A stretch of DNA of 64,000 nucleotides from Camelus ferus (lineage: Eukaryota): positions 61,196,001-61,260,000 of the forward strand of contig NC_045697.1 of the NCBI RefSeq assembly GCF_009834535.1, given 5' to 3'. The translations under genes and the position numbers were made by a program. The notes beneath the pieces were generated by a model. That model was not told the DNA's origin. It ran no database searches and worked only from the letters and a program-made list of their open reading frames with translations. Below are positions 29,227-43,419 of this stretch, piece after piece. Numbering within the stretch: position 1 is the first letter of the stretch; every line of letters starts with the position of its first letter.

Positions 29227-30039
29227 ATCAAAAATATTATTTTTAAACATTGTATTGTACTTATACTATATTTTGAAATCTAAAATCTACCGTTCCAGAT
29301 TACAGATTCTCAGTTCTGATAGACTAAATTAAATCTTACACTTTAGTGAGTTTATAAAATCACCTGAACAAATGTTCTAAAAAAGCACAGAAAGAAAACA
29401 CCTGAGAGAGAAGGCTATAAGGAAAAAACAGGGGGAAAAAATCATATAAACTGTCAGCATCTAGAAAAAATTTTCAGTGTTTTTGACAAGCAGGTCAATG
29501 GTGAACACTCACCTTTTGCCTTTTGGACTTAAAAATATATACAAGTCAGCAAGTTGGCAGTTCTTAGTGACTATGTAATTCAATGAGGAACTAGGAGAAA
29601 TGCAGTTTCTTGTCTGTTACATTGTGCTTTACCATTTCAGAAAATCTTGGGACATTTGAGCCTGACCTTCATACTCTCATTTTTATAGGACCAAAAAAAT
29701 AAAGAAAATAATCTTGTTTGATTCTTAAAATAATTAATAATTTTACAGTAATTTAGCAGAGGTAAGAGACTCTCAGAAATGTAGCTTATTTTATTTAGAT
29801 ATACCTTCGTTTTTCGCCACATAAAAATGTCTACTATCTTGTAACTTACTAGCAATTTTAACCAAATATTTAACATAGCAAGCAGAAAAGTCCCCAAAAT
29901 TGCCAGCTGAAATTTTTGTAATAAAAATAAACTAGAAAATCCATACTCTAACTATGCTGAAATCTCTATACATCTTTATTGTCTAAGATAAAAATCTTAG
30001 AGGAAAGGCAGAGTAAGTTGAGATGGAAAGTTCTATAGA

Positions 30040-30335
30040 TATGCTGTATAATATGGCAGCCATGAGTTATTGAAAAATTGAAACATCACTAGTCTAAAAT
30101 GAGTTCTGCTTAAGTGGAACTACATACTGGATTTTGAAGACAGTATGAAAAGAAGACTGTATAAATCTCATAAACTATTTTATAGTAATTAAATGTTAAA
30201 ATTATAATATTTAATATATTGAGTTAAATGATATATATTATTACAATTAATTTCACTTTTTATCAAGAAACTAGAAAATTTTAAACTACCTATATAGCTT
30301 TTATTTGGGCTCAAATTATGTTTCTATTAGGCTGA
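30040..30335 (-). mobile_element. MER33-like DNA transposon (copy B)
   Basis: Duplicate of 6270-6565. Confidence 0.75.
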
Positions 30336-31471
30336 GTTGTTCTGTAGAATACTTATAGTTCTTTCATCGTTCTTTTATTTACCAATTCCTTTGCTATTCT
30401 AAAAATCCGTATAAATTCAGCAATGAGTGGTCTTAACTTTATCTGTTTATTCATCTGTGTTTCCCACTGTGAACTCCCAAGGATGAAACACTCTGTCTTA
30501 TTTGCATTTCCAAGAGGTGAGATTGTACTTGCATATAATAGACATGAAATAAACACATGTTGAATGAACGTCCCCAAATCTCATTCCATTTTTTATTAGG
30601 AATGTTATATATTTACTTCCTTATTTGATTATTTCTGCCTCCCCTCACTAGAAAGTAACTTCTCTAAAGGCAAAAATTTGGCTTACTTTGATAATTGCTA
30701 CTATATGTCTCTATAGTCTAGAATAGTGCCTGACACAAAATGATGCTCAAAAGTGTCTATTGAATGAATGAAAGTAGATCCCTTGAGAAGGACCAGAAAG
30801 AGTGAAGAGTTAGTTCCAGCTGACAAGGTGAACACATTTTTTTTTTCCTTCCTTCCTATAATGAGATTTCAATTCCTGAATTATCCTACTTAAGAAGATT
30901 GCCCTCTAACTTCTCCTTCTTGACAGCAGCTCCCCCCGCTCCCCCCATCTTTCTTTTCCAATTGTCTACTCTCTAACAGAACATCCTAGCCCATGTTTGT
31001 CTGTTTTAAGGAGCAGAATATAAATGTCAGTTAAGGCAAAGCACTTTTACAGATTACAAATTTGTTATTCTCCTGTGAATAGAGTTGTCTCAACTTTGCT
31101 CTACCTTGGCTCCATTTCAGGTCAGCTTTTATTTCTTGAACAAAAAGAACTTGTTTTAAGAGAGATTCATAATTATCAAACAAGATATTCTTGAAAGAAT
31201 TTTTGAAGTTCTTGACAAAATGTCATACTTAGGATGATTGGGAGGAAAGCAAGAGTCCTAAATATTGTATTTATCACCAATAAGTGAAACTAGACCAAAT
31301 TAAACAATATATATTCATTTTTGAGACATAAGTTAATCAATTTAATTATGCATTTCTGATATTATAAGTCTCACATGAATGGGTAAAGAGGTTTTATTAA
31401 TTTTCACCATACTGTAGACTCCCTGGATAAGAGACCAAAATCATTTTAAAAAAGAAAGCAGGGTAAAAGCA

Positions 31472-33655
31472 ATCTACAGACTTAGTGCAATCCCTACCAA
31501 ATTACCTGTGACATTTTTCACAGAACTAGAACAAACAATCCTAAAATTTATATGGAATAATAAAGACCCAGAATTGCCAAAACAATTCTGAGCAAAAAGA
31601 ACAAAGCTGGAGGCATAACTCTCCCAGACTTCAGACAAAACTACAAAGATACAGTAATCAAAACAGCATGGTATTGGCACAAAAACAGACATATGGATCA
31701 ATGAAACAGAACAGAGACCCCCAAAATAAACCCACACACCTATGTCAATTAATTTTGACAAAGGAGTTAAGAATATGCAATGGAAAAAAGATAGTCTCTT
31801 AAGCAAGTGGTGCTGGGAAACTGGACAGCCGCATGTAAATCAATGATGCTACAACACACCCTCACATCATACACAAAAGTAAACTCAAAATAGCATAAAG
31901 ACTTAAATATAAGACATGACACCATAAAATTCCTAGAAGAGAACATAGGCAAAATATTCTCTGACACAAATCGTCCCAGTGTTTTCTAGTTCAGTCTCTC
32001 AAGATAATAGAAATAAAATGGGACCTAATCAAACTTACAAGCTTTTGTACAGCAAAGGAAACCATAAACAAAACAAAAAGACAACCTATGAAATGGGAGA
32101 AAATATTTGCAAACAATGTGTTGAACAAGGGCTTAATTTCCAAAATATACAAACAGTTTATACAACTCAATAACACAAAAACAACCCAATCAAAAAAAAA
32201 TGGGCAATAGACCTAAATAGACATTACTCCCAGGAAGGCATACAGTGGAAGAAAGATAGTCTTTTTAACAAATGATGCTGGAACAACTGGACATCCACAT
32301 GCAAAAAAATCTAGAGATAGATCTCATGTCCTTTACAAAAAATGAACTCAAAATGGATCACAGACCTACATAAATTTAAAGCACAAAACTATAAACTCTT
32401 TTAAAAAACAGAAAGACTTGATTACTTTGTATATGGCTTTGATTTTTTAGAGACAACAAAAAAGGCACAATTCATGAAAAAAATTTGATAAATTAGGCTT
32501 CATTAAAATTAAAAACTTTTACTTTTGCTCTGAAAAGACAATGTCAAGAGAGTAAGAAGACAAACTACAGACTGGGAAATATTCACAAAAGATACATCTG
32601 AAAAAACACTTTTCCAAAATATACAAAGAACTTCTAAAACTTAACAATAAGAAATAAACAATTGAATTAGACAATGGGCCAAAGACCTTAGTATTTCACC
32701 AAAGAAGATATGCAGATGGCAAATACTCATATGAAAAGATGTTCCACATAATTTCTCATCATGGAAATGCTAATTAAAACAACAACAAAATGCTATCACA
32801 CATTTATTAGAATGGTCAGAATATGGAACATTGACAACACTAAATGCTGGCAAGGAACATTAATGAACGCTCATTTATTGCTCATGGGAATGCAAAATGT
32901 TAGAGCTACTTTGGAAGATAGTTTGGTGGTTTCTTATGAAATTAAACATATTCTTACCATACGATCCAGCAGTTAAATTCCTTAGTATTTACCCAAATGA
33001 GTTGAAAACTTATGTCCACAAAAAAACCTGCATGCAGATATTTATAGCAGCATTATTCATAATTGCCAAAACTTTGAAGCAACCAAGATGTCCTTCAGTA
33101 GGTGATGGATAAACTACAGTGCTTCCAGACTATGGAATAGTATTCAGTGCTAAAAAGAAATGAGCTATCAAGCCATGAAAAGTCATGGAGGAACCTTAAA
33201 TGCATACTAGTAAACAAGAGAAGCCAATCTAAAAAGTCTTCACACTGTATGATCCCAACTACGTGACATTATGGAAAACATAAAGCTATAATGACAGTTA
33301 AAAAAAAATCAGTGGTATCTAGGGGTTGGAAGTGGGGGGAATGACTAGGCAGAGCAGAAGGAATTTTTAGGGTGGTCAAACTATTCTGTATGATACTATA
33401 ATGTTGGGTACATGTTATTATAAATTTATCCAAATCCATTGAATATACAACAGCAAGAGTGAACTTTAATGTAAACTGTAAACTTTTAGAGATTATAATA
33501 TGTGAATGTAGGTTCATCAATTGTAAAAAATGTACCAGTTTAGTGGAGGATGTTGATAATGAGGGAAGTAATGCACATATGGGATAGAGAGTATATGAAA
33601 AATCTCTGTACCTTCCTCTCAGTTTTGCTCTGAACCTGAAACTGAATTAAAATAA
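31472..33655 (+). mobile_element. Older L1 ORF2 fragment followed by an L1MC1/2-like ORF2 end and 3'UTR (copy B)
   Basis: As copy A, plus 3'UTR motifs agctatcaagccatgaaaag...gaagccaatct...aatctctgtaccttcctctcagttttgctctgaacctgaaactg. Confidence 0.88.
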
Positions 33656-34059
33656 TACATTTTTTAAACTGTAGCAATTATTTTTTTTAAGTATGTAAAG
33701 ACTTCTTTTATTAACTTCAAACACAGTGCTAAGAAACCTTGTTGATTAAAACCTTCACCTGTGAGAAACATTACTGTTTGAAATCAAATCACTAAGAATG
33801 GAACATTCCACCTTTGCTTAAAGGATCTGAACTATTTGGGTCACTACTGAAGTAGCCTTAATTTCCAAACTCAGTTCTTCAGATAAGAGAATTTTGGGGG
33901 GGTTCATTTTTTGTTTTTTGCTTTCACAGCATTCATCCTTTATCTTAACTTGGTAGTTCTGAAGAAACAGAACCCAAAGTGTCTTCTTAGTGTGACTGGT
34001 AATCAAACTATATCATTTCCAATAAAAATTAAGAGAATATTTCCAACTAGACAGAGTTA

Positions 34060-34355
34060 AGGTCATATATTTTGAGCAATTACAGCTTCCTTACTAATGA
34101 TTTCCTCAGCTCTTTGTTTCTCCTGACTCTTGAATAAGACAACTGTGATAAATGTCCAGACGCGTTTCATGTTTCTCCAAGTTCTCCTCAGAAACAGTCA
34201 TTAGGCACAAACACAACCCTGTTAAAAGTCCCTTCTCATCCTCTTTTAGTTATCTGCCCCATTGCTCCTCGTGGACAGTGTTCGCCAATGTTGCAGAAAG
34301 TTAATAAACCTGATTTGCTTTACTGCAGGTATATTCCTGGTGGTATTTAGCAAAT
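34060..34355 (+). mobile_element. ERV1 LTR remnant (MER34/MER39-like)
   Basis: aataaacctgatttgctttactgcaggtatattcctggtggtattt resembles the 3' end of MER34-group LTRs. Confidence 0.5.
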
Positions 34356-36161
34356 AGGTTTTCTCAATATGAAAATGTGTAACTTAAAACAAGTCGGTAG
34401 ACATTTGTTGATTGCCCCTTCAGTTTCAATTCTCTTTTCTTCATCAACACTTTTTGATATTCCCATTCTTGCCTGCATGGCATGAGTAGAATCGATTGCC
34501 TGACACAAACCTCCCTGACCACTAACAGTTGATTTAAATTAATGAAAATAAGTAATCTCCAAGATTTCAAGAGATAGCAGAAGACACACTCTAATTTCTC
34601 TTAGATTGTAAAGTGTAAAAATGTGTGGTCCACATATGCTCTAGTGAGTTTGCTATCCTAAAAGGAGAATCTAGAATTCTGGTGTGAAAATTGACATCAT
34701 TATAAGTATACTGGAAAGACAGACATGAAGTCCTAGGGGAGACTGTGCAAATTACTTGAATGCAGTATTGCCTGCTTCTAACTTTTCAGATAAGTAAGCC
34801 AATAAATTATTTCCTTTATTTAAACTACATTGAGGTTTGTTTGTTTTAACTGAACTTGAAAGTATCTTATAATAATTATGAATCTGATCTAAAGACACAG
34901 AGAAAATTCAGAGAAGATATTTTTGCTGACTCCATGTGCACTGTGATAGAAAAAGACCTATTTAAGGCTAGTTTGTTCCCACTAATCTTGGCCCATCCAT
35001 ATGGCAAGGAAGAGATACAGTAGCCCAGGAGTTGTACATTTGACAGTGTTCATTAATAACAGCTCTTGATAAGGCTGGTCTCTGAATAAAATAAAACACG
35101 TTAACCTTGACGTTATTAAAAACCTTGAGATTGTTAGCTTACTTTGGAAAAGAGAAAACAGAATAGAATCTTAATCATTGTTTTTCAATGTTGAGAGACT
35201 AAGCAGTGAGAGTAACCACCAACTATTCTCTACCCTTGAAGAGAAAAGCACTTGAAAGTTTTACAAATGCTATTCTTTGAAGATAAGAAAGATAAACCCC
35301 AGAGACATAAGTGGTCATTCATAGCCCATATCTCATGAAACAAGAACTAATTTAATAATGAATATAATAGCTAAATTTCATTGTTTCATTATTCTGTTTC
35401 AGAATGTATATAGTTTATTTCACTCCACAGAGTACTATAATTATAATCATTTTGGGCTTGAGGTCAACTGATGTGGCAGGTATGAGAGAAATTAATTTTA
35501 CACTAGCAGATAAAAATTTCATCTACTTTTACTGAGGTTCTATCATGAAGTTCTCTCCAACCAAACTGTATCATGAAGTTCTCTCTCCAGATAGCTATCC
35601 TCTGGCTTCTGGTATACCCTATAGAACCATAGCCATTTCTGAGCTTCTGAACTAGCAGGAGAATCTGGAAGTGTGGTATGAAAAGTGACAGCATATAAAC
35701 TAAAACTTAGCTGTAATATAAGGAGACAAAAATCAAAATATCAAAAATTGAGAAAAGTAGACATACAGAAAATAAGATACTGAACTTTAAAACCCCAAGG
35801 ATTAGCATGTTTTAAAATAAATTTAAAAAAAAGAATTTCACAGAAAACAGGAAAAAAAAACCCCAAATAACAAAAGGTAAATCTTAAAGCTAAAAAATGC
35901 AACAGCTGAAACTAAAATTCAGTACATCTGATTAGACCCAACAGACAAGAGAATCTAAAAACTAGAGTACAGATCAGTAGAATTAATAGTGTTTGAAGCA
36001 CAAAGCTAAAAAAGAAGTTGAAAATAGAGGGGGGAAAAAAACCATGATGAAAAGATATAATAAGTGTATTTGGAGTTGCATGAAGAGATAAGGGTAAAAC
36101 TGAAGCAAAAGTAAAACTTGAGATGGCACTGCCTAAGAATTACCCCATACTGATAAAATGC

Positions 36162-36640
36162 ATTGTGGTAATCTGCCTCCAAGATGACTCACAGTGATAA
36201 TCAACTCTTGATATCCATGACTTTGTGTTGACTGTTGACTGGACTTAGTGGCTTACTTCTAACTAACTGAATAAAGGAGAATTGATGGTATACGCTTGAA
36301 GATGAGACCATAAAAGGCAGCATGGCATCTTGTTCTCTCTCTTTTGACCACTCATTCTGGCAGAAGCCAGCTGCAGGAAGAGGCCTACAAAGCAAGGAAC
36401 TTAAGCTCCTGCCAACTTCCGTGGTTGTAAGCATGGTTGTGTATCCATCCCCAGTCAGATAACTGCTATCTTACCAACAGCTTAACTGTAGCTTCATGAG
36501 AGAACTTGAGTCAGAATCACCCAGCTAAGCCACTCCTGGGTTTCTGATTTTCAGAAACTTTATGAGATAATAAATTCTTGTTTTAAGTAACTAAATTTGT
36601 GGATAGTTTGTTATTATTAAGTAATAGATAATTAATATAA
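36162..36640 (+). mobile_element. MLT1F-like solo LTR
   Basis: tgtggtaatctgcctccaagatgactc...cagaatcacccagctaagccactcctgg...tgagataataaat...ggatagtttgtta...aatagataattaatata. Confidence 0.8.
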
Positions 36641-36886
36641 TTGTATGGTCTAAATATGAAACTGATGTTATGACTACAAAATCTTTTGCTAAAACTTTAG
36701 AAAGATAAAGCACTGTCTAGTCAAACAAAATGTCTTTAAAGATTTAAATAGTATAATTCACAGCTTCTCTAAATAAAAAAAAAAGGTTCCTAAAAATGTA
36801 CAAGGGCATTATTCCTTAGGAGAAATATAAGCTAGAAAGGGGCTTTTTTCAAAGAAATCTACTGTTTTTTTTTTCTTTCCTGGTCA

Positions 36887-37136
36887 GATGAACTTATCTA
36901 CAAAACAGAAACAGACTTACAGACGTAGAGAACAAACTTATGGTTACCAGGGGGTAAAGGAGGTGGGAAAGGATAAATTGGGAATTTGAAAATTGCACCT
37001 CTTGGGGAGTGATGAAAATGTTAGCTATTTTGACTGTGGTAGTGGTTTCATTGGTGTATACATCTATCAAAATCCATCAAATTGTACACCTGAAATATGC
37101 TTAGTTTATTGTACAGGAACCATACCACAGTAAAGT
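36887..37136 (+). mobile_element. Short L1 3'UTR fragment
   Basis: atgaacttatctacaaaacagaaacagacttacagac...aaacttatggttaccagggg...catcaaattgtacac. Confidence 0.75.
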
Positions 37137-37799
37137 GTCAAGACAGAGTCCAGTGTTGTCAGTGAAAATGTCAGTATAAATTCAAAGAATAGCCTTCTGC
37201 CTTCACTATGGGCACATTCCTTCACCTAATGTGCAATTTCACTAACCCCATCAAACATTATTCTTAATTATAGAAGGAGATTGTAGGTGAGGATTAAATA
37301 AAACAAAATGTTTAAAAGCAAAGCATAATTCCTTATTCTTGCATTTGCAATATGTGAGGTTTCTCCCTTTTACCTTCCCAATGTTCAAAACAAAGCAAAG
37401 AAAAACAACAATAAGATCGCACACCACATCCTGAACAAAAATTTCTATTAGTAGAAGAGGGAAAGAAAGAAAAGAGAAAGAAAGACTTAAAGGAGTTCCA
37501 TTGTATCAGCCAAATTATTATTTTAAATCAGATAACATAAAAACATAGGGATGAATATAAGTAACTGCCAACATTTGAAACACCAAAACTGGGATGAATG
37601 GGCAGTCTGTAAAGAACATGAGGCAAATACACTATTTGCTTCATCTTTGTAAAGGGATAAATTACCCACTATGTATTGGTAGAATGTCCATTGAATTTTC
37701 AATAACATCATTAATAAGAAAGATTGCCCTCATCTTTCCCTCATCTTTTTATTTTTTAATAACACCTTTCTGCTTATAATTAAAATTCAGTTCCTTATT

Positions 37800-38320
37800 T
37801 TGGTTGACTGAAGATGGCTACAAGTTGTTTGGTGCTGCTCTATGTGTCCTCCTCCTGAATCTTGGCAGGCTCTGTAGCTGCTCTGGCAAACCGTATACAG
37901 CAGAAGTGATGCTGTACCTGCTTTCACATCCTGGCCTTTCAGAGAATGGTATCTTCTTCTTCCTCTATCAGAACACCTGATCTTGGAATTCTGAGCTGTT
38001 AGGTAGGAAGTTCATCTATCCTGAGGCTATAATACTAAGGACACCATGAGACAAGATCACGTGGAAAAACCAACAAAGAAATTCGGAGATAATGTGAGAA
38101 GAGTTGGGTAACCAATCCCTACCTGTCCCAGCCCCCATTTGTTTGAATTATCCCACCTGAGAGCCCATATTTTATGGAGCAAAAGTGAGTCTTTCTCTGT
38201 GTTTTCTGCCTAAATTCTAAATCCACAAAATGTAAAGAATAATGACAAAATGGGTATTGTTTTAAGCAACTGCATTATGGTGGTAGAGTGCTGTGTTATA
38301 ACAGACAATCGGAGTACTGA
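37800..38320 (+). mobile_element. MLT1H-like solo LTR
   Basis: aagatggctacaa...cagcagaagtgatgctgt...ctgcctaaattctaaatccacaaaa...tgttttaagcaact. Confidence 0.7.
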
Positions 38321-38671
38321 CCAAGATGAAGACTAGAATCAGGTATTAGTGAAACTCAAGCACCTATTTAAGGAGTTTTCTTAACAAGACCCTCCACCAC
38401 CTCCAAATGAAAGAAAGTGTATCTAAACTGCAGTTATGTCCTAAATTTTGTGATTAGGCCACAATTCCAGTAGTGTTACTTGGAAAGCAAAGGCAAGTGA
38501 GCAAAAGTTACCACAAAGAGCAAGACTGAAAAATCCTGAGGAATCCAGCCATCTTCCTACCTGTGTGATTGACTATTACAAAAAAATAAGATAAACACTT
38601 TAAAATGTCCTGCTAGGATTTTTATCCATTAGATATAATGATAGATTATCTAAAATACTTTTGATGAGGAG

Positions 38672-40860
38672 CCATTCAGTCAACAACTATATGTACTGAG
38701 CATCTATATTATGACAGATACCATTAAAGGTATTGGAGAGAAACATAGTGAACCAGGAGAAAGAGTACCTGGCCTCGTGAAATGTACACTCTAGAGAGCA
38801 GACAGACAAAAGAACAAACAAAACACGAGGAAAGTACTTTTTAGGATGAATTAAAGCTGAGAAATAAATAAATTAGAAACATGGATCACTGAGGGAAAAA
38901 CTACTTCAAATAGTCAGGGAGAGTCTCTTTGAGCAGATATCATGTAAGGCAAGACCCAAAGATAAAAAGGAAACAATCAGATGAAGAGGAAGTGGGTGCA
39001 TTTCATGGGAACAAGGGTCCAGTAAGTACATTTTTACCAAAATTAAAATAATTTTACGTATTTTTGCAACTAAGAAAGGACCACTGTGATTGAGGAAGGA
39101 GAAAGAGGGACATAACTGTCAAATGAGTTTAGTGACTCAGTAGAGAATCATGCCCAACTGTTTAGGTCATAGTAAGAATGGTAACTTTTTTCTAAGGGCT
39201 TTGGGAAACAAACTTTTAAGTAGTAGAAAAATGTGATCCAACTTAACATTTTAAAAGATCACTTTTATTGCCATATAGAGAAGAAAGCAAATGGACAGGA
39301 GGCGTTTTGAGTAATTCAGGTAATAGTTAACAGCAACCCAAGATACAGAACAATCATAGTAAAGGAATCTAAAAATTGGCAGATGCTTCTGAAATATTAT
39401 CAGTGTACAATTCAAATCTGTAATCAATATATTTCAAAGATATGATTAATAGGACTTGCTAAAGAAAGGATAGGAGGGAGCAATTGTAAACTTAATGAGA
39501 GAACTACTAATATAGTTACCAATATAAAGTATGACTACTAATAATAAATTATTATTTATGAATTCCTAGCCTCAGATGAGTGGTAGTGGCATTTTTGAAA
39601 TGACCACAATATGCAATTTGAGATAAACAGATAGTCAAAGGAGATGCCTATGGAGAGAAAATAGAGTTCTGGGATCATCAGAATATACAGGACACCAGAA
39701 TTCTTTGGAATCAATGAGATTAATGAGAAGTAATAAGAAAGAAGTGAGTAAAAGGTCCAAGACCAAATTCTGTGGCTCTCAACAATTAAAGATTTGGTGT
39801 AGGAGGATGAGCTGGCAAAGAAGATTGGATAAGTGGTAGAAGGAAACCAAAAAGAGCAGAATTTTGTAGAGGCCAAGGATGGGGAGTATTTCAAGAAGGA
39901 AAAGGCATTCAGTGAGTCCTGTAGTAAAAATGTTTCTGATAACCTTGACAGGACTTCAGTCAAATGCCGAGGTACGGAGCGGAGAAGAGGTAAAATCAGG
40001 AGGTGAGGATAAATGGAAGCCCTTTGTAAAAAAATGCCATATGAATTCTGTCAACAAATGGGGCCAAATAAATTATGCTGGAAGGAACGTGCAATCCACA
40101 GAATACAGAAGTTTTCAGAATATGCGTCATGTTTGTGGGAATTACAAACTCTAAAGGAAGATAATCTCAAGAGAGGAAATAGAAGATATGACAAAAAGAG
40201 TGAGGCTTTTGAAAAGGAACTGGATTCAGAGAATGCAGTGATGGACTAGAGTCTGATAAGAAGGGTAACATTAAACCGTAGTCAGAGAGAAAGAGAAGAT
40301 GGATGTGGGATAGATATACTTGCAGATTTGGTGGTGAAATGCTGAGGGAAATTGCTTCTGGTGGCTTCTACTTTCTCAATCAGTTAAAAGATGAATATTC
40401 AGCACAGATTAAAGGTGAAAAAGTTTAGGATTAGAACTGAGAAGGAATATTTTATGGCACGAGATCATGAGCTCAACAAGAAAGCACTGTAAGAAAGAGA
40501 TAGGTAGTCTCAACGGCCTGTTAAAATGTGTAATGTGAAATGATTCAGGTCAGCCAAGCAGTTATTTGCTGTAGTACAAATATAGGATATTGGAGTTTAA
40601 ATCATTTTAATGTCTTCAGGTGAGTACTACGGATTTGAAAGAAAAGTAAGAAATAATGGCAAAGATGGAATATGAATTGTAGGCTAGACAAGGAAAAATG
40701 TACAACAGAGCTCTGATTAATAATGATAAAGTGGTACAATGAATGGATTCAAGATCTTGATGAAATCAAAGAATCATTTAGTAGAGGTTCTTTAATAAGC
40801 AAATTGGAGGAACAGGATATAATCAGAGAGAGACATTTCTGATACTGAGATTTCAGAAGT
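38672..40860 (-). mobile_element. Long degraded L2 (LINE-2) remnant
   Basis: Starts cattcagtcaacaactatatgtactgagcatcta (antisense L2 3' end); contains ttttaaaagatcact and a long purine-rich L2-like stretch. Confidence 0.7.
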
Positions 40861-43419
40861 GGATTAGATATTATAACCTAAGCAAATTTATATAACTTAA
40901 TATAAACTGATAAAAATTTAGAGTTTGAAAAGTATATTACCATCTAAGTATCTTATCATCTACCATTTTGACAGAATATCTGGTTAGAATTGCTAATGTA
41001 AGTAGAGAGAAAGGTGGCAGACTCATTTATAAACAACACATGGTACATAACCTGAGAAAACATCTGAGTTTTGTTGCCTTTTTCAGGTATACGAGAAAGC
41101 GCAAACATAGACAATGCCTTGTATTTGATTGTTCAAAAGTAATGTAAGATGTGCCTCAGAGGGAACATATTTTATTCATAGCAGGTGTGGTCTCACTCAC
41201 AGAAATATGCAAGAAATGTAATTTTCTTTTATTTTTTTGTAATTCAGTATAATTTTTATTTCAAGCTCTTATTCAGTGGAGAGGGAAAAACTTAATCCCA
41301 GTCCATTTAAATTCCTCACCCTAGTGCCTGAAATTGTGTGTAATTTCTAGTATCTTGCATAATGGCAAAGATTTTGTAAATAACATCTGGTCCTCATAGC
41401 CTTCAATCTCTGTTAATATCCACTGAAACATTTATCATTCTGAATGATCATCCATCATTGATTCATTCCAGTGCCTCTGCTTCATCCCACATTAGTGTCT
41501 AACTAGTTCTTTTACTTTTGAAAACATTCCTTGCTGACATTGACTTTACTGCTTTACGCCATACCAGAACAGGAGAGTATCTCTGCGGATGTCACGTGAT
41601 GTTCAGTTGGATGCCAAATGCACTCTTAAGTTTGTGTAATTATTCAGCTACACTCAGGTCATAATGGTGCAAGGGGAGAACCAAGTCAGCTCATTTCTAG
41701 ACACATCACATATATATTCCTAGAACAGGGTCTTGTGCCACCATCCTAATGTCCACCAAGAAAAGACACATTCATCTTTTTTTTTTTGTTGTTCTTAGAT
41801 TACACAAATGTAACTGGTTTTCTACTGTTCCATTTTTTCAAAGGGACTCTACCACATCTAACCTCTCTCTGTTTCCACTCTGATACCTTCCTTTTCCCAT
41901 TCTGATCTAGTCTGAAGATGGGATACTTGGCTTATATCCTACAGATATTCTTCCCTATGTTTACAAAATGTGAGTTCCTTCTCTTTCCCTTCAACTACTA
42001 AGCTTTTGAAACACAAAAGCAGTATTTGATTTGCATTCTCTTAGTTATATTAGCCCTTCTCTGAGTGAGGAAAGGGTCAAATCATGCAACAAAACACAGG
42101 AAAAAATTATGGATTGATATTTTGAAAGCCTACTATGCCATGTGATAATGGTGTAGAACATCACTACTTAATAAAATATTTTCACATGAGCTCTAAGCAA
42201 TCCCCAAATTCTGTGAAGAATTGTTAGAAATCTTTTAAAAATAAACTGTAGGTGCTAAGTTTCAGGGGGTAGCATTATAGGAGTGGGGAAGTACACACTG
42301 ATAACAAAACATGAATAAGGAACATAGAAGAAAAGATTGCTATATTGTTATGCCAATTTTAATTAAATGATTATTAAGACCTGGGCAAAAATGCAAGTAA
42401 GTATGTTAGATTATCTGTGCTATGTCTAAGAGATAATTGATTACATTGTGTCTCTGTGTTATGTGGTAAGCTATGTTTAAATAACAAGTTGTTTAAATAG
42501 AATAAAAGGGGTTAGCTTTGACCATGTCGTAAGGCAGTGGCATGGAATCCAATAGGGTGTTTTGATGTGAAAGCTATATACTAGTACTGGAGTCGTGGTA
42601 ATGAAAGATTAATGGTCACATTCTCAAACAATTAACATATATGAGAATCAACAGGAATATAAGATAATATGCTTTCTAGATGGTCAAATGAATAGGCTTA
42701 GATTTAAGCTATGTTACTGATGGAAACACAGTGATGAGCTATGTCAAAAAAGTATTCCCTTTAGGTCCTATCCTATCTGTCTTTTTCCTCTTTCCTTTTT
42801 TTTCTTTCTTTCCAAGACAAGGTCCTTTTGACCTCAGAGACTGAATGAATATTGTTATTCCTTATTTGAATACTCCCCCAATCTGCATTCCTTCTGTGGA
42901 GTTGACACCTAATCATTATTCTGATTTTAGCTCAGTTATTACTTCCTCTAGAAAATCTTCAAATTCTTCCAAGGGAGAATTGAGATCTTCTTAACACTGG
43001 TCTCATAAAAGTAATGTCTCAAGACATTATAAAATGTAGTATTTAATCATGTTATTCTCTCTTTCTAGACCAAAGGCCTTCAGAAGGCTTAGACAACATG
43101 CAAGAGGAAACCTGGCATATTTCATTGCTTTCTTTGTTTTCAGAACCTAATGCATGGAAGTTTAATCAACTTTCAGTAATGTAAATGAGAACTATAACTG
43201 TCTGGCTAGAATCCTCTATTGGCTAACTGCTACCATTAGAATGATTCAAAATCCCATTTCTGAGCTGTAAGGACTTGTAAGCTTCTGCTTACATCTTGAA
43301 TGCCATCCTTTATCTCTATACAAAACACTTTGACCTTTCAGCGTAGTTTTTTGGTTTTTTTTTTTTTGTATTTTTGGTTTGCTTTTTGTGGGTTTTTTTA
43401 TTTTTAGTTTTTTTTAAGA

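Larger units (their letters stand above)
23762..33205 (+). repeat. Copy B of the duplication (apparently higher sequence quality)
   Basis: Colinear with 1-9423. L1 ORF2 segments are longer here (351/411/368 aa) than in copy A, and the sequence continues past the point where copy A meets the gap. Confidence 0.98.

Noticed and set aside
39556..40249. Cluster of 78-135-aa ORFs
   Set aside because: They lie in a degraded L2 remnant and show no conserved protein motif.
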